From NCBI RefSeq assembly GCF_018350175.1, contig NC_058368.1:19284001-19348000 (forward strand): 64,000 nucleotides of DNA, read 5' to 3'. This stretch comes from Felis catus (taxonomy: Eukaryota). This document shows positions 49,889 to 62,622 of the stretch, piece after piece (positions within the stretch are counted from its first letter, which is position 1; each line of letters begins with the position of its first letter). The notes beneath the pieces are model-generated. The model ran no database searches and had not been told where the DNA came from. It was given only the letters and a program-made list of their open reading frames with translations. Made by a program: the position numbers and the translations under genes.

Positions 49889-52104
49889 CTGAAATGAGAA
49901 ATGAGTTTTTGTTGGAATCTAAAGATTGAAGATGTTTTTAAGTAATGAAGCACTCTATTTTCTTCCCTTTGACAAAAATTTATGAAAACTTCTTACAAAT
50001 ATCTATTTATATAAATATTTACATAAGTAATAAGCCTATCTTATTCTAAGGATTCAGTTTAGCTAAGAAACCATAAATTTTCCAAAACAAACTGCAAAAA
50101 ACAACTTTTCAAATTTTCAAAGAAAAAGGTTATGATTGATTAAACAAACAAAAGGTGACATAAGTAATAAATCGTTCAGAAAATATTGTTTACTGTTCTT
50201 TCACATAAGTAAGAGAATTTGTCACTGGTTCTTGCCAAAACCATTTCCTGATGGGAGGTCAAGAATCAAAGGCATTGTAAAGCTTTCCTGGTTGAAAATG
50301 GCAATGTGCAGCTGCCAGAATACTTCTTTGGGCACGACAATTTTGGCTTTAATAGCAGGTGTGACTTAACTGAAACTGTAAACCTCAGCCTCTAAATATT
50401 GAAGAGTTTATACTTGTAGCTTGGGATGTAGTGGATATCACAAAAGAAAAACATTCAAATACCACCAAAATATACCTAAATAAAACCCATTAATTGTTTG
50501 ATTTACTACAATGAGTATCCACTTCAAAGGCCTCTTCAAACTTTAATCAGACATATTTATAGTAAATTTATTTCATATCGCCAAAAACATACTTCCAATG
50601 AAGAACATCTGCCAAATGATGTGCACAAATGTTATTTTTTAAGCCAATTAAGCAACTTCGCATTAACTGAAGAATCTTTTGGTCGATACAGAATAATGAT
50701 CAGCAGATTCTGATAAGCCCACGCCCATCTTAATCACATACAGAAAAGTATCCCCCATCTGCAAAAGGATTTTGCTAAAAGAATAGAGTGTTGTGTAAGA
50801 TTCTTATGGCCAGACTTACTAAGGCTAATACTGAGAACAAAGGGAAATGTGCACACACCTAACAGGAATTTCCTCAGATAAACAAAAGGCTTAAACACTG
50901 GATTCTTATCAGCAACAGCCAGCAGATGCAGGAAACCTTTTGTGGGAAACTCGGGGCACCAGCTCTGAAACTAAGTCAACTCTAACATTTAAATGGAGGG
51001 CAAATCACACACCAACCTAGTTTTCAAAAATAAAAGACACAAACACTTTACACACTTAGATTTTTACTTTTAATATACAAAATATTTACAGATTTCTTTT
51101 ACCGGGGTAGGGAACACTAGTAAGAGAACACTTTAAAAATTTTATATGGTAAATCACTTTATTTACTAGGTTACATTTCCATAGAAAAAATATGCTAAAA
51201 GTAATAGTGAGTCCACACAGAATACATCAATTAGCCCTCTTGCTTACAGTCTGCAAAAGACAAATACAAATATTTTAGTGTCTTAGAAGAATTATCTATA
51301 TTTTAAGTAATCATAAAACACAAATGAAAGCTTCCTCACATCTATCCATATTATTATTCTAAAATAAGGAATTAGCCAATTATCCAAAAAAAGAGGTAGA
51401 GAAACTACCTACAATAAAAGCAACACATGTGCAAATGCAAAACAGATGCATTTGCCCATTCTGCTATTTTATCTGCCAGTTTATAGAACTTTCTAACCCT
51501 CTACCAAGTCCACAGTCAAATTTCTACTCCAATTAAAGAAAACAATGACATCTGCTTTAAAAGTACCCTCGTATGCTGATTTATAGCATTATTTCTTGTT
51601 TCCAGTCATTAATTTGGTTATCAGCTTTAGTAACTATTAATATATTCTTGAATATTCTGTTTTGGTTTTCTTGATTTTGTACCTTTACATATTCTGTTCC
51701 CTCTACCTGGATCCTCTTATCTCTACTAGTCTTCTGTTAGTGCCTGCTAAACTTTCAGGCCTTGACTTCCATTACTTTTGCTAACAAGACTTCCCTGAAC
51801 CCCAAGGAAGTCAGAGGCCATATAATGTGTTCCTGCTGCAGCCGCCATTTTCTCTAACGCAGCATTTCTCCTGCTGTAGAGAATGCCTGTTTGCTTGCCT
51901 GTCTGGTGCATCATCACAATATCTAAAACATCAACCTGATGCAGGGCTTGCACAAAGTGGAGAGCAAGGACCACCTGCTGAATAAATCATTGACCTGCAT
52001 GAACGAGCACGATGACTGTATTGAATCCTTTGAGCTATGCAACTCCACGGAAATTAGATTGAAACACAGCAGCATTTCATAAATTAAGAAAAACATTATT
52101 TTGG

Positions 52105-52306
52105 GTTTTTTTAATTTAAAAAAAAATTTAAGTTTATTTATTTAGAGAGAGACAGAATGAGTGGGGCAGGGACAGAGACAGAGAATCCCAAGCAGGCTCT
52201 GCACCATCCGCGCAGAGCCTGACATGGGGCTCGAACTTACAAAACCGTGAGATCATGACCTGAGCGGAAGTTCGATGCTTAGCCGACTAAGCCACCCAGG
52301 CGCCCC
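52105..52306 (-). mobile_element. SINEC
   Basis: TSD aagaaaaacattatttt. Confidence 0.9.
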
Positions 52307-52786
52307 AAGAAAAACATTATTTTGAACACCAAATTAGTATGGCACAATTCAGAAGAATACTAATTCAAAATTAGTTCACTGCTCCGTGCCATCTCCAAAA
52401 GTGTCACACAAAAGGATGACAGTAAATGTCACTGAAAGAGGGCAGTGATAGTACCTTCTGAACGATAAAGAGAGTAGCTATGATGCAGTCGACTACACTT
52501 GTCTGCAAATCAGAAGACTGAGTTCTCATAACCCTGGTTCTGAATCTAGTCACTAGCTCTGAGATGATTACTTCTCTAGATAGAAAAAACCCCTTTAATG
52601 CCAAAATGCTGGAATTTTATGAATTTAAAGATTCTGGAAAGATGGTGGCTATGGCAGCATAGTTTTTTAATCTCTCTAAATCTTAACATGAAACAAGACA
52701 GCGCAACTAGATCTCAAAACCAAAAACCCATAGGCAGCATATACTATAAAACTAAATGACAAAATAGCTATAATAACCTCAAGGTA

Positions 52787-53000
52787 GGGGTGCCTGGGTG
52801 GCTTAGTCGGTTAAGGGACTGACTCGATTTCAGCTCAGGTCATGGTCTCGCAGTGTGTGGGATGAAGCCCCAAGTGGGGCTCTGTGCTGTCAGCACAGAG
52901 CCTACTTAGGATTCTCTCTCTCCCTTTCTCTCTGCCCCACCCTTGCTCTTGCATGCTCTCTTTCTCAAAATAAATAAATAAACTTAAAAAAAAAAAAAGA
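52787..53000 (+). mobile_element. SINEC
   Basis: tRNA head, CT body, A tail. Confidence 0.9.
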
Positions 53001-53222
53001 GAGAGAGAGGAAGGGGGGAAAAAAGGTCCAGATAAAAAACAGAGGAAGGAAATAGGGCCAGGAAACCAGAAAGCAGGCCACCACCGTTTTTAATAATGCA
53101 TCAACACAGAAGAAAAGTGGGCTCTGTGGAAAAAGACCAGCTACCCGACACTAGGCCTTCCTCTGAAAGGGCAGCAAAACTAATTTAACGTAAAAAATAG
53201 TACTAATTTAACGTAAAAAATA

Positions 53223-53445
53223 GGCGCCTGGATGGCTCAGTCAGTTAAGCATCTGACTTCGGCTCAGGTCGTGATCTCATGGTTTCTGAATCAAGCCCTG
53301 CATCAGGCTCTGCGCTGACAGTGCGGAGCCTGCTTGGGATTCTCTCTCCCTCTCTCTCTGCCCCTTCCCTGCTCACACTCTCTCTAAATGAGTAATAAGC
53401 TTTACAAATAAAAAGAGCTGTTTCAAAAAAAAAAAAAAGAAAAGA
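53223..53445 (+). mobile_element. SINEC
   Basis: tRNA head, CT body, A tail. Confidence 0.88.
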
Positions 53446-54461
53446 AAAATAGCAACAGCCAAGCATCAAGGTCAAATGCCACACAAAGTTATTATGAGAA
53501 AAAAGAAAATAAGGAGAGTAACATTACAGACAATAAAAGCAAGCCAGACTGACATGCTCATAGATCGGATCAAATAACCTTTTATTTCAACATGAGCTAA
53601 AAGACGTTAATAAAATGACACAAGCCATGAGTAGACAAAATAAGTCGGAAATGAGGTGACAGGATTCACGAAAGAATTTTTAAAAAATCAATTCAGAAAT
53701 AATGACTATATTAGAACGCAAAAGTGAATAAACACAACAGATAGTATATTAAGAGAAACAAAAGTTTAAAAAGAGGGAAATCTTCTAAATGAAACAAATC
53801 AAAGAGATAAAAAGGGTCTGAAAGAAAAGTTGCGAGCAGTAAAGCTAGGCAGTAGAGCTCCAGCATACAGCTAACAGGAGTCACCGAAGAAAAATTAAAA
53901 GCAATTATTAAAAACTATAAAATTGAAAAAAAAAACTCCCTGAAATTAAAAGAAACAGTTTCTGGAACCGAATTCTGAAAGCGTCCCGTGTACCTGAAAA
54001 TAACAACCCAGAATGACTAACACATTGATACATTCTGCTAAAATTACTGGGCTTTCTAAAAAAAGGGGGGGAAAAAGCCTTTGGGCATCTAGGAAAAATA
54101 CTGACTTTTAAGGTGGTGAAGAATTAGATTAGCCTCCCTCTTCGACAGCAGCACTTCATGCCAGACACAAAACTGAAAGCAACCGATTAAAGGCACTCAA
54201 GGAAAGAACACGTGAGCCAAGGATTTTAAATCCACCAAATGACTTCATGTACAAGGGATACAAACATGCCAGAACTCAGGGAATACTGTTCCCGTGAGCA
54301 CTTCGGAAAAATCTACTGGAGGTCCACATCAGGACTGGTGGTGTCACACATAGTTACCTGTACAACTGGGACTCACTGAGAGCCAGAGCGGAGAGAGTGC
54401 ACCCAGTGGCTGAATCTTCAGATACTGCACATCTATGTTTAAAATTGGGAATAATGGGGAG

Positions 54462-54463
<2 letters not shown>

Positions 54464-54505
<42 letters not shown>
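54464..54505. repeat. (CA)n microsatellite
   Basis: Direct reading. Confidence 0.95.
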
Positions 54506-54508
<3 letters not shown>

Positions 54509-55895
54509 TTTTTAACTGTTTTAGTAATTATTTGGTAGTGGTATCCTGACTTTGAACAGGAAGTATCACTATGACCTTATGAGGCACTTGTACTCAAACA
54601 AATAAACAAACAAACACCTAGCTCTTTCCACTAAAAAGGACTAGAAATAAATAAAGATCAGCCCAGCAGAGATAGAGTCCTAGCAGGCAGATTGTGTTTT
54701 AAAATATAATTTACCACTAAACAAAACAAAACAAACAGATTCTTAGGTAATGATTGATTCCAGATCTGGGGCAGGAAACATACAAGATGGTTCTGGAACT
54801 TTTGTCACATCAAATAGTAAGGAAGCTATCAAAGTCCACCAGGTCACATCAAAAATACTAAGGGGCCAACCTGAAGAGGCTCCCACTGGCCAAAGATGGG
54901 ACAATGTGGGCTTTAAACAGGATAATAATTGTAATTGATTGAAACCAAATATGTTACAATTTATGAGTTCACAATAATATGTAAAAAACTCCAATGAGTT
55001 GCCCTTGGAGGATAAGGAACCAATTCATTATGCCGATGATAAAGAAAAAGTCATTTATCTTGCCCCGTATGAGTAGTCAAATAGATGAAGGGAAGCAGCT
55101 CTTCAAAAAGGATTTCAACTAATAAATAAAAAATAAATCCTAAAATATTGCCATTTGTAACCACCAAAGAACCAAAAGATCTATGCACCGAACATGAACA
55201 GCTGCTGACAACATCAACAAACACATGAATGGGCCTCCTGAGGAAAGAATACAGTATCACCACTAATCTTATCAAAGGGATCAAGGAGAAGTCGGATGAA
55301 GCCTCTGGATCCAGCTGCCAATTTGCAGGAAATACATAGAGTCGAGGAACACGTACAACTTTACCATAAATGTGAGATCAGCAAAACCTAGACCACGGGC
55401 ACTTACTAGGCCAAATGACCCTGGTTTCTCAATGATAATCTATATTTTCAATTTAGTGGGCCAAGAATTGGTACTATGATGGTTAATTTTACATGCCGAC
55501 TTGATCAGATGATGAGGTTCCCAGGTTTTGACGTTATTGATGTGTCTGTGAGGATGTTTCTAGATGAGGTCGGCATTTGAAATGGTAGACTTAAGCACAA
55601 CTGCCCTCCTCACTGTGGGCGGGCAGCACCCAATCCACTGAGAGTCTGAGGGAACAAAAGGTCGAAAGGAGAACTCACGTTTTCTTTCTCTGCCTGACTG
55701 CTTAAGCCAAGACAGCAGTCTTACCCTGCCCTTGGACTAGACCTAAACCGTCAGTGCTCCTGGTTCGCAGGCCTTTGGACTCAGATTAGAATTTATATCA
55801 CCAACTTTCCTGGGTCACCAGCTTGCAGTTGGCAGATTGTGGGATTTCTCAATCCCCACAATCAAACAAGCCAATTTCTTATATTAAATGTCTTT

Positions 55896-56078
55896 GGGGG
55901 CACCTGGGTAGCTCAGTCAGTTAAATGTCCAACTTCAGCTCAGGTCATGATCTCACAGTCCATGAGTTCCAGCTCTGTGCTGACAGCTCAGAGCCTGCAG
56001 CCTGCTTCCGATTCTATGTCACCTTCTCTCTCTGCCCCTACCCTCCCTCTCAAAAGTAAATAAACATTAAAAGAAAAT
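55896..56078 (+). mobile_element. SINEC nested in MLT2
   Basis: TSD ttaaa(t/c)gtct. Confidence 0.88.
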
Positions 56079-56188
56079 TTAAACGTCTGTGTGTGTGTCT
56101 GTGTATGGAAAGATAGATGTATATAAAGGTATATATTGATATCTACATCTATATATCTCCTATTGTTTCTTTCCCTCTGGAGAATCTT

Positions 56189-56541
56189 TTCTTTATTTTT
56201 TTTATTTTTTTAATTTACATCCAAGTTAGTTAGCGAATAGTGCAACAATGATTTCAGTAGATTCCTTAATGTCCCTTACCCATTTAGCCCATCCCCCCTC
56301 CCACAACCCTTCCCGTAACCCTCTGTTTGTTCTCTGTATTTAAGAGTCTCTTATGTTTTGTCCCCCTCCCTGTTTTTATATTATTTTTGCTTCCCTTCCC
56401 TTGTGTTCATCTGTTCTGTGTCTTGAAGTCCTCATATGAGTGAAGTCATATGATTCTTGTCTTTCTCTAATTTCGCTTAGTTCCATCCACATAGTTGCAA
56501 ATGGCAAGATTTCATTCTTTTTGATTGCTGACTAATACTCC

Positions 56542-56618
<77 letters not shown>

Positions 56619-56865
56619 TTTAGCCATTCATCCATCAATGGACATTTGGGCTCTTTCCATACTTTGGCTATTGTTGATAGTGCTGCTATAAACATGGGGG
56701 TGCATGTGCCCCTTCGAAACAGCATACCTGTATCCCTTGGATAAATACCTAGTAGTGCCGTTGCTGGTAGTTCTATTTTTAATTTTTTGAGGAACCTCCA
56801 TACTGTTTTCCAGAATGGCTGCACCAGTTTGCATTCCCACCAGCAGTGCAAAAGAGATCCTCTCT
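56189..56865 (-). mobile_element. 5'-truncated felid L1
   Basis: ORF2 end [29 protein letters not shown]-rich tail; TSD ctctggagaatctt on both sides. Confidence 0.92.
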
Positions 56866-57681
56866 CTCTGGAGAATCTTGATTAATACAGGTATTCAATA
56901 ACTATTTGCAGTTTAGACTTTATGTGACTGATACACATCCTTGAAATTCTATGAACAGCACTAGTCAATGGGATTTAACTTATAAACTATTATTAAAAAC
57001 TAAAGAATTACTTCATAGAGTAATTTCATAAAAATCCAAGACCATCTTTATATAAACACAGGAAAACAAATGGTATGTTCAGATGTATTAACTAACCACA
57101 GAGTCTAATATGCATAACTGGTTTCCTTAATTAGAATTCTTCCCCTTTCACTTGAACTTCCTCATATATGATGAAGGTTCAAAAACACTGTTATGCACAT
57201 GCTCAGCGTTGTTCTCCTAGTGGAAATAATGGACTGGTTTGAGCCATTCTTACTATCTCTGTGTCTGGTCCCCGAGTGGTCATCAGCATAAAGCTGTGTG
57301 GTATCTAACCAGGTTAACAGCCACAGAACAGCATTTTTCCCTCAACTAAGTTAACCAAACAGCCAAAATAATTATACAGAGGACCCTGAATTCATTAGCA
57401 GTATTATCCAATCAATTCCATCTACGCTTTAAAACTTACACAACAACACACCATGTTTTCTAACATCAGAGAAAACAAATTTGCACTGTTTTTATTTCTT
57501 TTTAAAACATGGTTTGGCTAAATTATGCCAACCAGAAGAAGACCTGGAATAAGAGACTGTGGCTTCAGGCAAACTAAATATATTCCAATATACAGAACGG
57601 AACTAGTCACCAGCTACATCTAAAAGAATAAACACAAATGGCTGAAAAAGACAGCTGACCGGAACTTATGTTAAGAGTTAC

Positions 57682-57768
57682 CTCAGAAATGTTTTTGTCA
57701 GTTTCTTTCCTTTTTTCTTCCAACTTCCTTTCAATGCCTACAATTCCCACAGCCCTTATTCTTCCTGG
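57682..57768 (-). CDS. VPS36: VPS36 exon 6 ([29 protein letters not shown])
   Basis: ctcag|CCA…GAG|gtaact, 87 nt. Confidence 0.96.
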
Positions 57769-58485
57769 CTGAGAAACAAAAGTAGAAAATAAAACATACA
57801 AAATAGGAAGGACACAATCTTTTGCAACCCACCACAATGTGTTTTCAATGGTGGAAAAGGACCCACAAAGAACCAAAGAAAAACAGCATACAATTACATC
57901 TAGTTTCCTTTCAAAATATGTGTCAGTTTCTTGTCATACATAGTGATCTTCAAATCAATATTAAAAAAAAAACTGTATATACAATAACTGGCATATTTTA
58001 CTCTGTATTTTAGATAGAAATTAAATTCATTTTTGTTCTTTGGTAAACTATTATATACGTATCATATTTAATAGGGTCTCAAACATGCAAGAAATTATGG
58101 TTGAAAATTCTGGTATTTGACAGTTATTACACAAAGTACTTTCACACATTTGAGTGTCTGTCCACAGTTGGTGGTTAATTTAGACTGGTCTGAAAAACAT
58201 CACCTAGAGGCACTGTCTGTTCTCTGATGCCAGACTGATTACGAAGAACAGAATGTAGTGAATGGAATCTGTGACCACCCCAAGAGTTACTCTGGTAAGT
58301 AGTCATTTGTTTTTGCTAAGTATCTACCGTGTGCAGAGCACTAAACTAGGTTCTCTGAAAATAAAGGTTTTATCAGAGTACCATTTTGTTTCTCACAAGT
58401 TCTATAATCATAGAAATCTTCTCCCTTAATGAAGATGCAAGTACAGAATTGAAAACATTGGGTTAAGAAATAGTTTCAACAATAC

Positions 58486-58575
58486 CTGGGGTCCTCTATT
58501 TGTCGGTAAAGCTTGGGAAACTGGCATATTCTCCCATCTTCTCTGTGTCATTTCCTCAGACAAACGCCTATAAAA
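58486..58575 (-). CDS. VPS36: VPS36 exon 5 ([30 protein letters not shown])
   Basis: aacag|TTT…CAG|gtattg, 90 nt. Confidence 0.95.
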
Positions 58576-59644
58576 CTGTTGCGCACATACATACACTTTA
58601 AATGAGTCAGTCAGGTTATAGTATCCTCATACAAATTATTACTTAACATTTCTTTAGTTGAAAGGTCTGTTCAGTCATTGCAAAAAGCCTAGAATTCTCA
58701 GAGACATCAAAAGAAACCAAAGGAAGTTCTCTTCTTGGATCAGCTTCAGAAAGCACAAAGGAAAAAAAAAAAAAAGAAAGAAAGAAACTGACCTTCTATT
58801 TAAGTGAGCTATTCTCAACAAAGAGATGAGTGACAATGAATAAATAGACTTACTTTAAACAATCCTGCATATGTGGATTGTTTTCAATCTATAGTGAAAC
58901 AGACAGAGTGCCAAGAAAAATATACAACCATTATCCATGAAGGAAGCAGAGAATAATTTGTCTAGTTAAAATGTGAAGCCAGAAATGAGAGCCAAAACAT
59001 CACTGCACTCACAGAAAATCAACTATATTTTTTACAGACAGTGAGCATGACTGTAATTAGTCACTTATATTTGCTTAGTGCCTACTGTGTGAGGAGCACT
59101 CGGTGAGGGGTTATAGAAAAAAAAACAAAACATAAATAATTTAGGATATCAATGGGGGAGATAAACATATCCTTGTAAATGTCTGAGGAATACTTATATA
59201 GTCACTTACTAATCAGAACCTGTAAACTATCATATCATGGAGTAAGTAGGTAAGTGATTAGATCTATATGGAGTCAGTAAAGAAAGACTGCCTGATTTAA
59301 GGCTGATGAGCTATCAGATACCAAGATAGTTTAACATTTCACTGCATTATACTCTGCCTCCTTAACCAAACCACTGAAAAGTTTACTAGTGGCCTAATAG
59401 CATGACTTAGCATATTGCCAGCTTCTGGGTTTTCCTTGTGACCACACCCTCCTGCTTCCTGTTCTCACTGGAACCTAAACTTCATTTTTCTACTGATAAG
59501 GCTTAATCTATTAGAAAAATTTAGTTGTAAAAATATGGTGAAACCTGGTATGTTGTACAATACGGATTTCCATCGTATTAACAAACAATAAAAATACACA
59601 CAAGTACACATTTCTAGTCCAATTTTATGCATAAAAAAGCTCAC

Positions 59645-59759
59645 CTCAATCTGGCCATGTTCCTTGAAGGAGAGTTTGATGTAGGAGTTCTTACTACTCT
59701 GGAAAGGACCAGGTTCCTTGTTAGGTGGAGCAGGGTGAAGATGAACCACTATTTTGGCA
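59645..59759 (-). CDS. VPS36: VPS36 exon 4 ([38 protein letters not shown])
   Basis: cgtag|T…GAG|gtgagc, 115 nt. Confidence 0.96.
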
Positions 59760-60667
59760 CTACGGAATAAATGTAATGAATTTAATCACCTTTAAGCATC
59801 ACTAATTCTATTTTCATAACCTTTAATATATTTCAGTTCACTTTTAAAATTCATGTAGAAACAAGGGACATCTTGAAAGGAATTCTTCTATATTTTTTAT
59901 TACATCAGTATTAATGAACCTTTCAAAAATACCTCTACTTATAATTTATAAGCTACGAACCAAGACGTTCAAGTTACTAGTTCTATAGATTAATTCAGAA
60001 GGTGGTTTCAAAAATAAGTTCAAAATAAGTTTGTAAAATTTGGGATAGTTCATTACGTTGGCTTATGATTAGGGTTTTCCATGGACAGAATCATCCCCAG
60101 AGGTTACCAGGGGGGGCCTCTAATTTCTGCCAAAGCATACTACCTTACTCATTTGAAAACAAAATGTGAAAACTTATCTGTATAAAACCGGCCAGCTGAC
60201 ATTTTGTTAAAACTCTGTCCAAAACTAACATTCTACAGTATAATTTTTGGAAAATGCCACTCAATCGACAGCATGATCTAGAAGATAATCCAAGAGCAAA
60301 AACAATTCTCAAAATGTTGCTGCTCTAGAAACACAAACTACCATAATCTTTATGACTACCATTATGTTCTATGCTAATAAAAATATCACTATATTTGTTC
60401 AATTTTATAAGCCTTTTTTCCTCTTTTTCCTCCAGCCTGCTCAATAAACAATCTTCTTCCGAAAATTAACAAAACCAAAGCACTCAGTCAAAGTATCTTG
60501 GATACCTACCTTAGAGCCTTTTGTCAAATGAAGGTTAAAAATCCCAAAGTCAGCATAAAATATTCAGGCCAGTTTTTAAGTATATTCATTTCACAGGTCA
60601 TTCAATTGCCATATTTCAAGTTTAAAAACCACCAAATCAAAGAAGCATCTTGGGTTATGAGATGTTT

Positions 60668-60886
60668 GGTGTTTTGGTGTGTTTTTTTTTTTTAAGAGAT
60701 AGCACCATGTGTGTGGGAGGGTCAGAGGGAGAGAGAAGAGAGAGAGACAGAGGAAGAATGAATCTTAAGCAGACTCTATGCTTAGCACGGAGCCTGACAC
60801 AAGGCTCAATCCCACTACCGTGGGATCATGACCTGAGCTGAAATCAAGAATCGGACGCTCAACCGACTGAGCCACCCACATGCCCC
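60668..60886 (-). mobile_element. SINEC
   Basis: TSD ggttatgagatgtt. Confidence 0.88.
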
Positions 60887-60918
60887 AGGTTATGAGATGT
60901 TAAAAGGTGAAACGATAA

Positions 60919-60923
<5 letters not shown>

Positions 60924-60962
<39 letters not shown>
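60924..60962. repeat. (TG)n microsatellite
   Basis: Direct reading. Confidence 0.95.
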
Positions 60963-60964
<2 letters not shown>

Positions 60965-61667
60965 CTTTGAATCAATGAAATATGGTAATTTCTTGGGAGG
61001 GAAGAGATGAGAACTAAAGAGAATGTTTGAGAAAAGTTAACCTGGCATATTATTAAATTCTTACCCACTGGACATGGTTAAAAATAAGACACTAATGGGA
61101 AAGTAAATATTTTAAATATTTTTGTTACAGTTTAGATTCCCTTGGAAGACAGCAGAGGAAAATTCAAATGATCTGGAACACCTTAAAGTTTTATTTTGTA
61201 GAACTTAAGAAAAGTAATACATACAAATATTGAATCATTATGTTGTACACCTAAAAGTCATACAATGCTATATGTAATTATACCTCCATTTGAAAAAAAA
61301 GAACTTAAAGAGATGGAGACAAATGACGAGGGGAAAAACAGAAATTAGAGAAATAGCCTACTCTAAAAATCTATGCCTTTATTAATCTTTTTGAAATGTT
61401 GGTCAATTTCTTTTATGTCAAATAAGCAATCTTTCATGCTAGCTACATTATAATTAAGGGACACATTGCATTTCTAGTGGAGTTCAACATCCATTTAACC
61501 TCTACTGAAGTTAACTATCCTAATGCTCAAGATGGGCCCACATGGACAAAAAAAGTTATCAGCAATATTTGTTCATAACTGCCCTCAATTACATGTACTG
61601 AAAAAATAAACCCAGAATTTTTTATGTACTTGATTAAACAGAAACATTTGAACGTGTGACTTTAAAC

Positions 61668-61798
61668 CAGGGTGATCACATGTCCTGGTTTGCCTAAAAC
61701 AGTCCCCATTTTATGCTTCCTTGGTCCAATTATAAACAGCACCCCCTATTACTTTTATAAATGTCTCATTTTTGACAATAACTATTATGATACTTCTA
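61668..61798. mobile_element. hAT-Tip100 relic (MER96-like)
   Basis: cagggtgatcacatgtcctggtttgcctaaaacagtccc terminus. Confidence 0.55.
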
Positions 61799-61891
61799 TT
61801 CTGTGATACTATTATGATACTTCCATGATACTTTCTATATGTGAAAAAGTCAAAGTGGAGAAACTTAATGATCAACTAGCAATGGGAGTCA

Positions 61892-62110
61892 GGGGCGCCT
61901 GGGTGGCTCAGTTGGTTAAGTGTCCAACTCTGGCCTAGGTCATGATCTCGCTGCTCCCGAGTTTGAACCCCGCATGGGGCTCTGTACTGACAGCTCAGAG
62001 CCTGGAGCCTGTTTTGGATTCTATGTCTCCCTCTCTTTCTCTCTCTGCCCCTCCCCCACTCTGGCTGTCTCTCTCAAAAATCAATAAACATTAAAAAAAA
62101 TTTTTTAAAA
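61892..62110 (+). mobile_element. SINEC
   Basis: tRNA head, CT body, A tail. Confidence 0.9.
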
Positions 62111-62506
62111 AGAAAGTGAAGTAAAGCCAGTCATTTTTCTCAGATGAGTCCTTTCTGATTTTAAGTACTACATACACAGAGGTGCAAAAGCAAATGTTTG
62201 TGGGAATACATGTAGTGACAGCTGGCTGACATTGATTTATTTTGATCCAAGGATATTATACAGCAAACCTTGGTACTTGATTTGTGCTTTAAGAATGACT
62301 TCCATTTACCCATGAGTTTAATGTAGGAAAACACCTTCTTAGGGGAGCTCCTGACCAATGACCACTATTTACAAAGCCCCAAACCACAATCATTAGGTTC
62401 ACTCCCACATACGAAGTCACGGCACAGCAATATATCTACCAGGCTAATAACAACAGCTTGACTGGAATGTTTTTTGTGAAAAAGACTGCAGTATATAATA
62501 CCTCAC

Positions 62507-62577
62507 CTTTTCCCAATTCCAGCTGCCTGTTCTTCAATGAACACAATCTGGGAAAGAGGAATGGCCATGCAGCACTC
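62507..62577 (-). CDS. VPS36: VPS36 exon 3 (ECCMAIPLSQIVFIEEQAAGIGK), GLUE domain
   Basis: cctag|GAG…AAAAG|gtgagg, 71 nt; matches recalled VPS36 sequence. Confidence 0.95.
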
Positions 62578-62622
62578 CTAGGAGGAAATCATCAGAAAAT
62601 ATGACTCTTCAGACTCATCAGA

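Larger units (their letters stand above)
52630..55440 (+). mobile_element. Old L1M fragments with two nested SINECs and a (CA)n run
   Basis: Degenerate ORF1-like text at 53.5-54.3 kb and L1MC-type 3' text at 54.6-55.4 kb. Confidence 0.6.
55476..56889 (+). mobile_element. MLT2 (ERVL) LTR, split by a SINEC and an L1 fragment
   Basis: tgatggttaatttta…gtgtctgtgaggatgtttctagatgag…ctcctattgtttctttccctctggagaatc…taataca. Confidence 0.8.
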
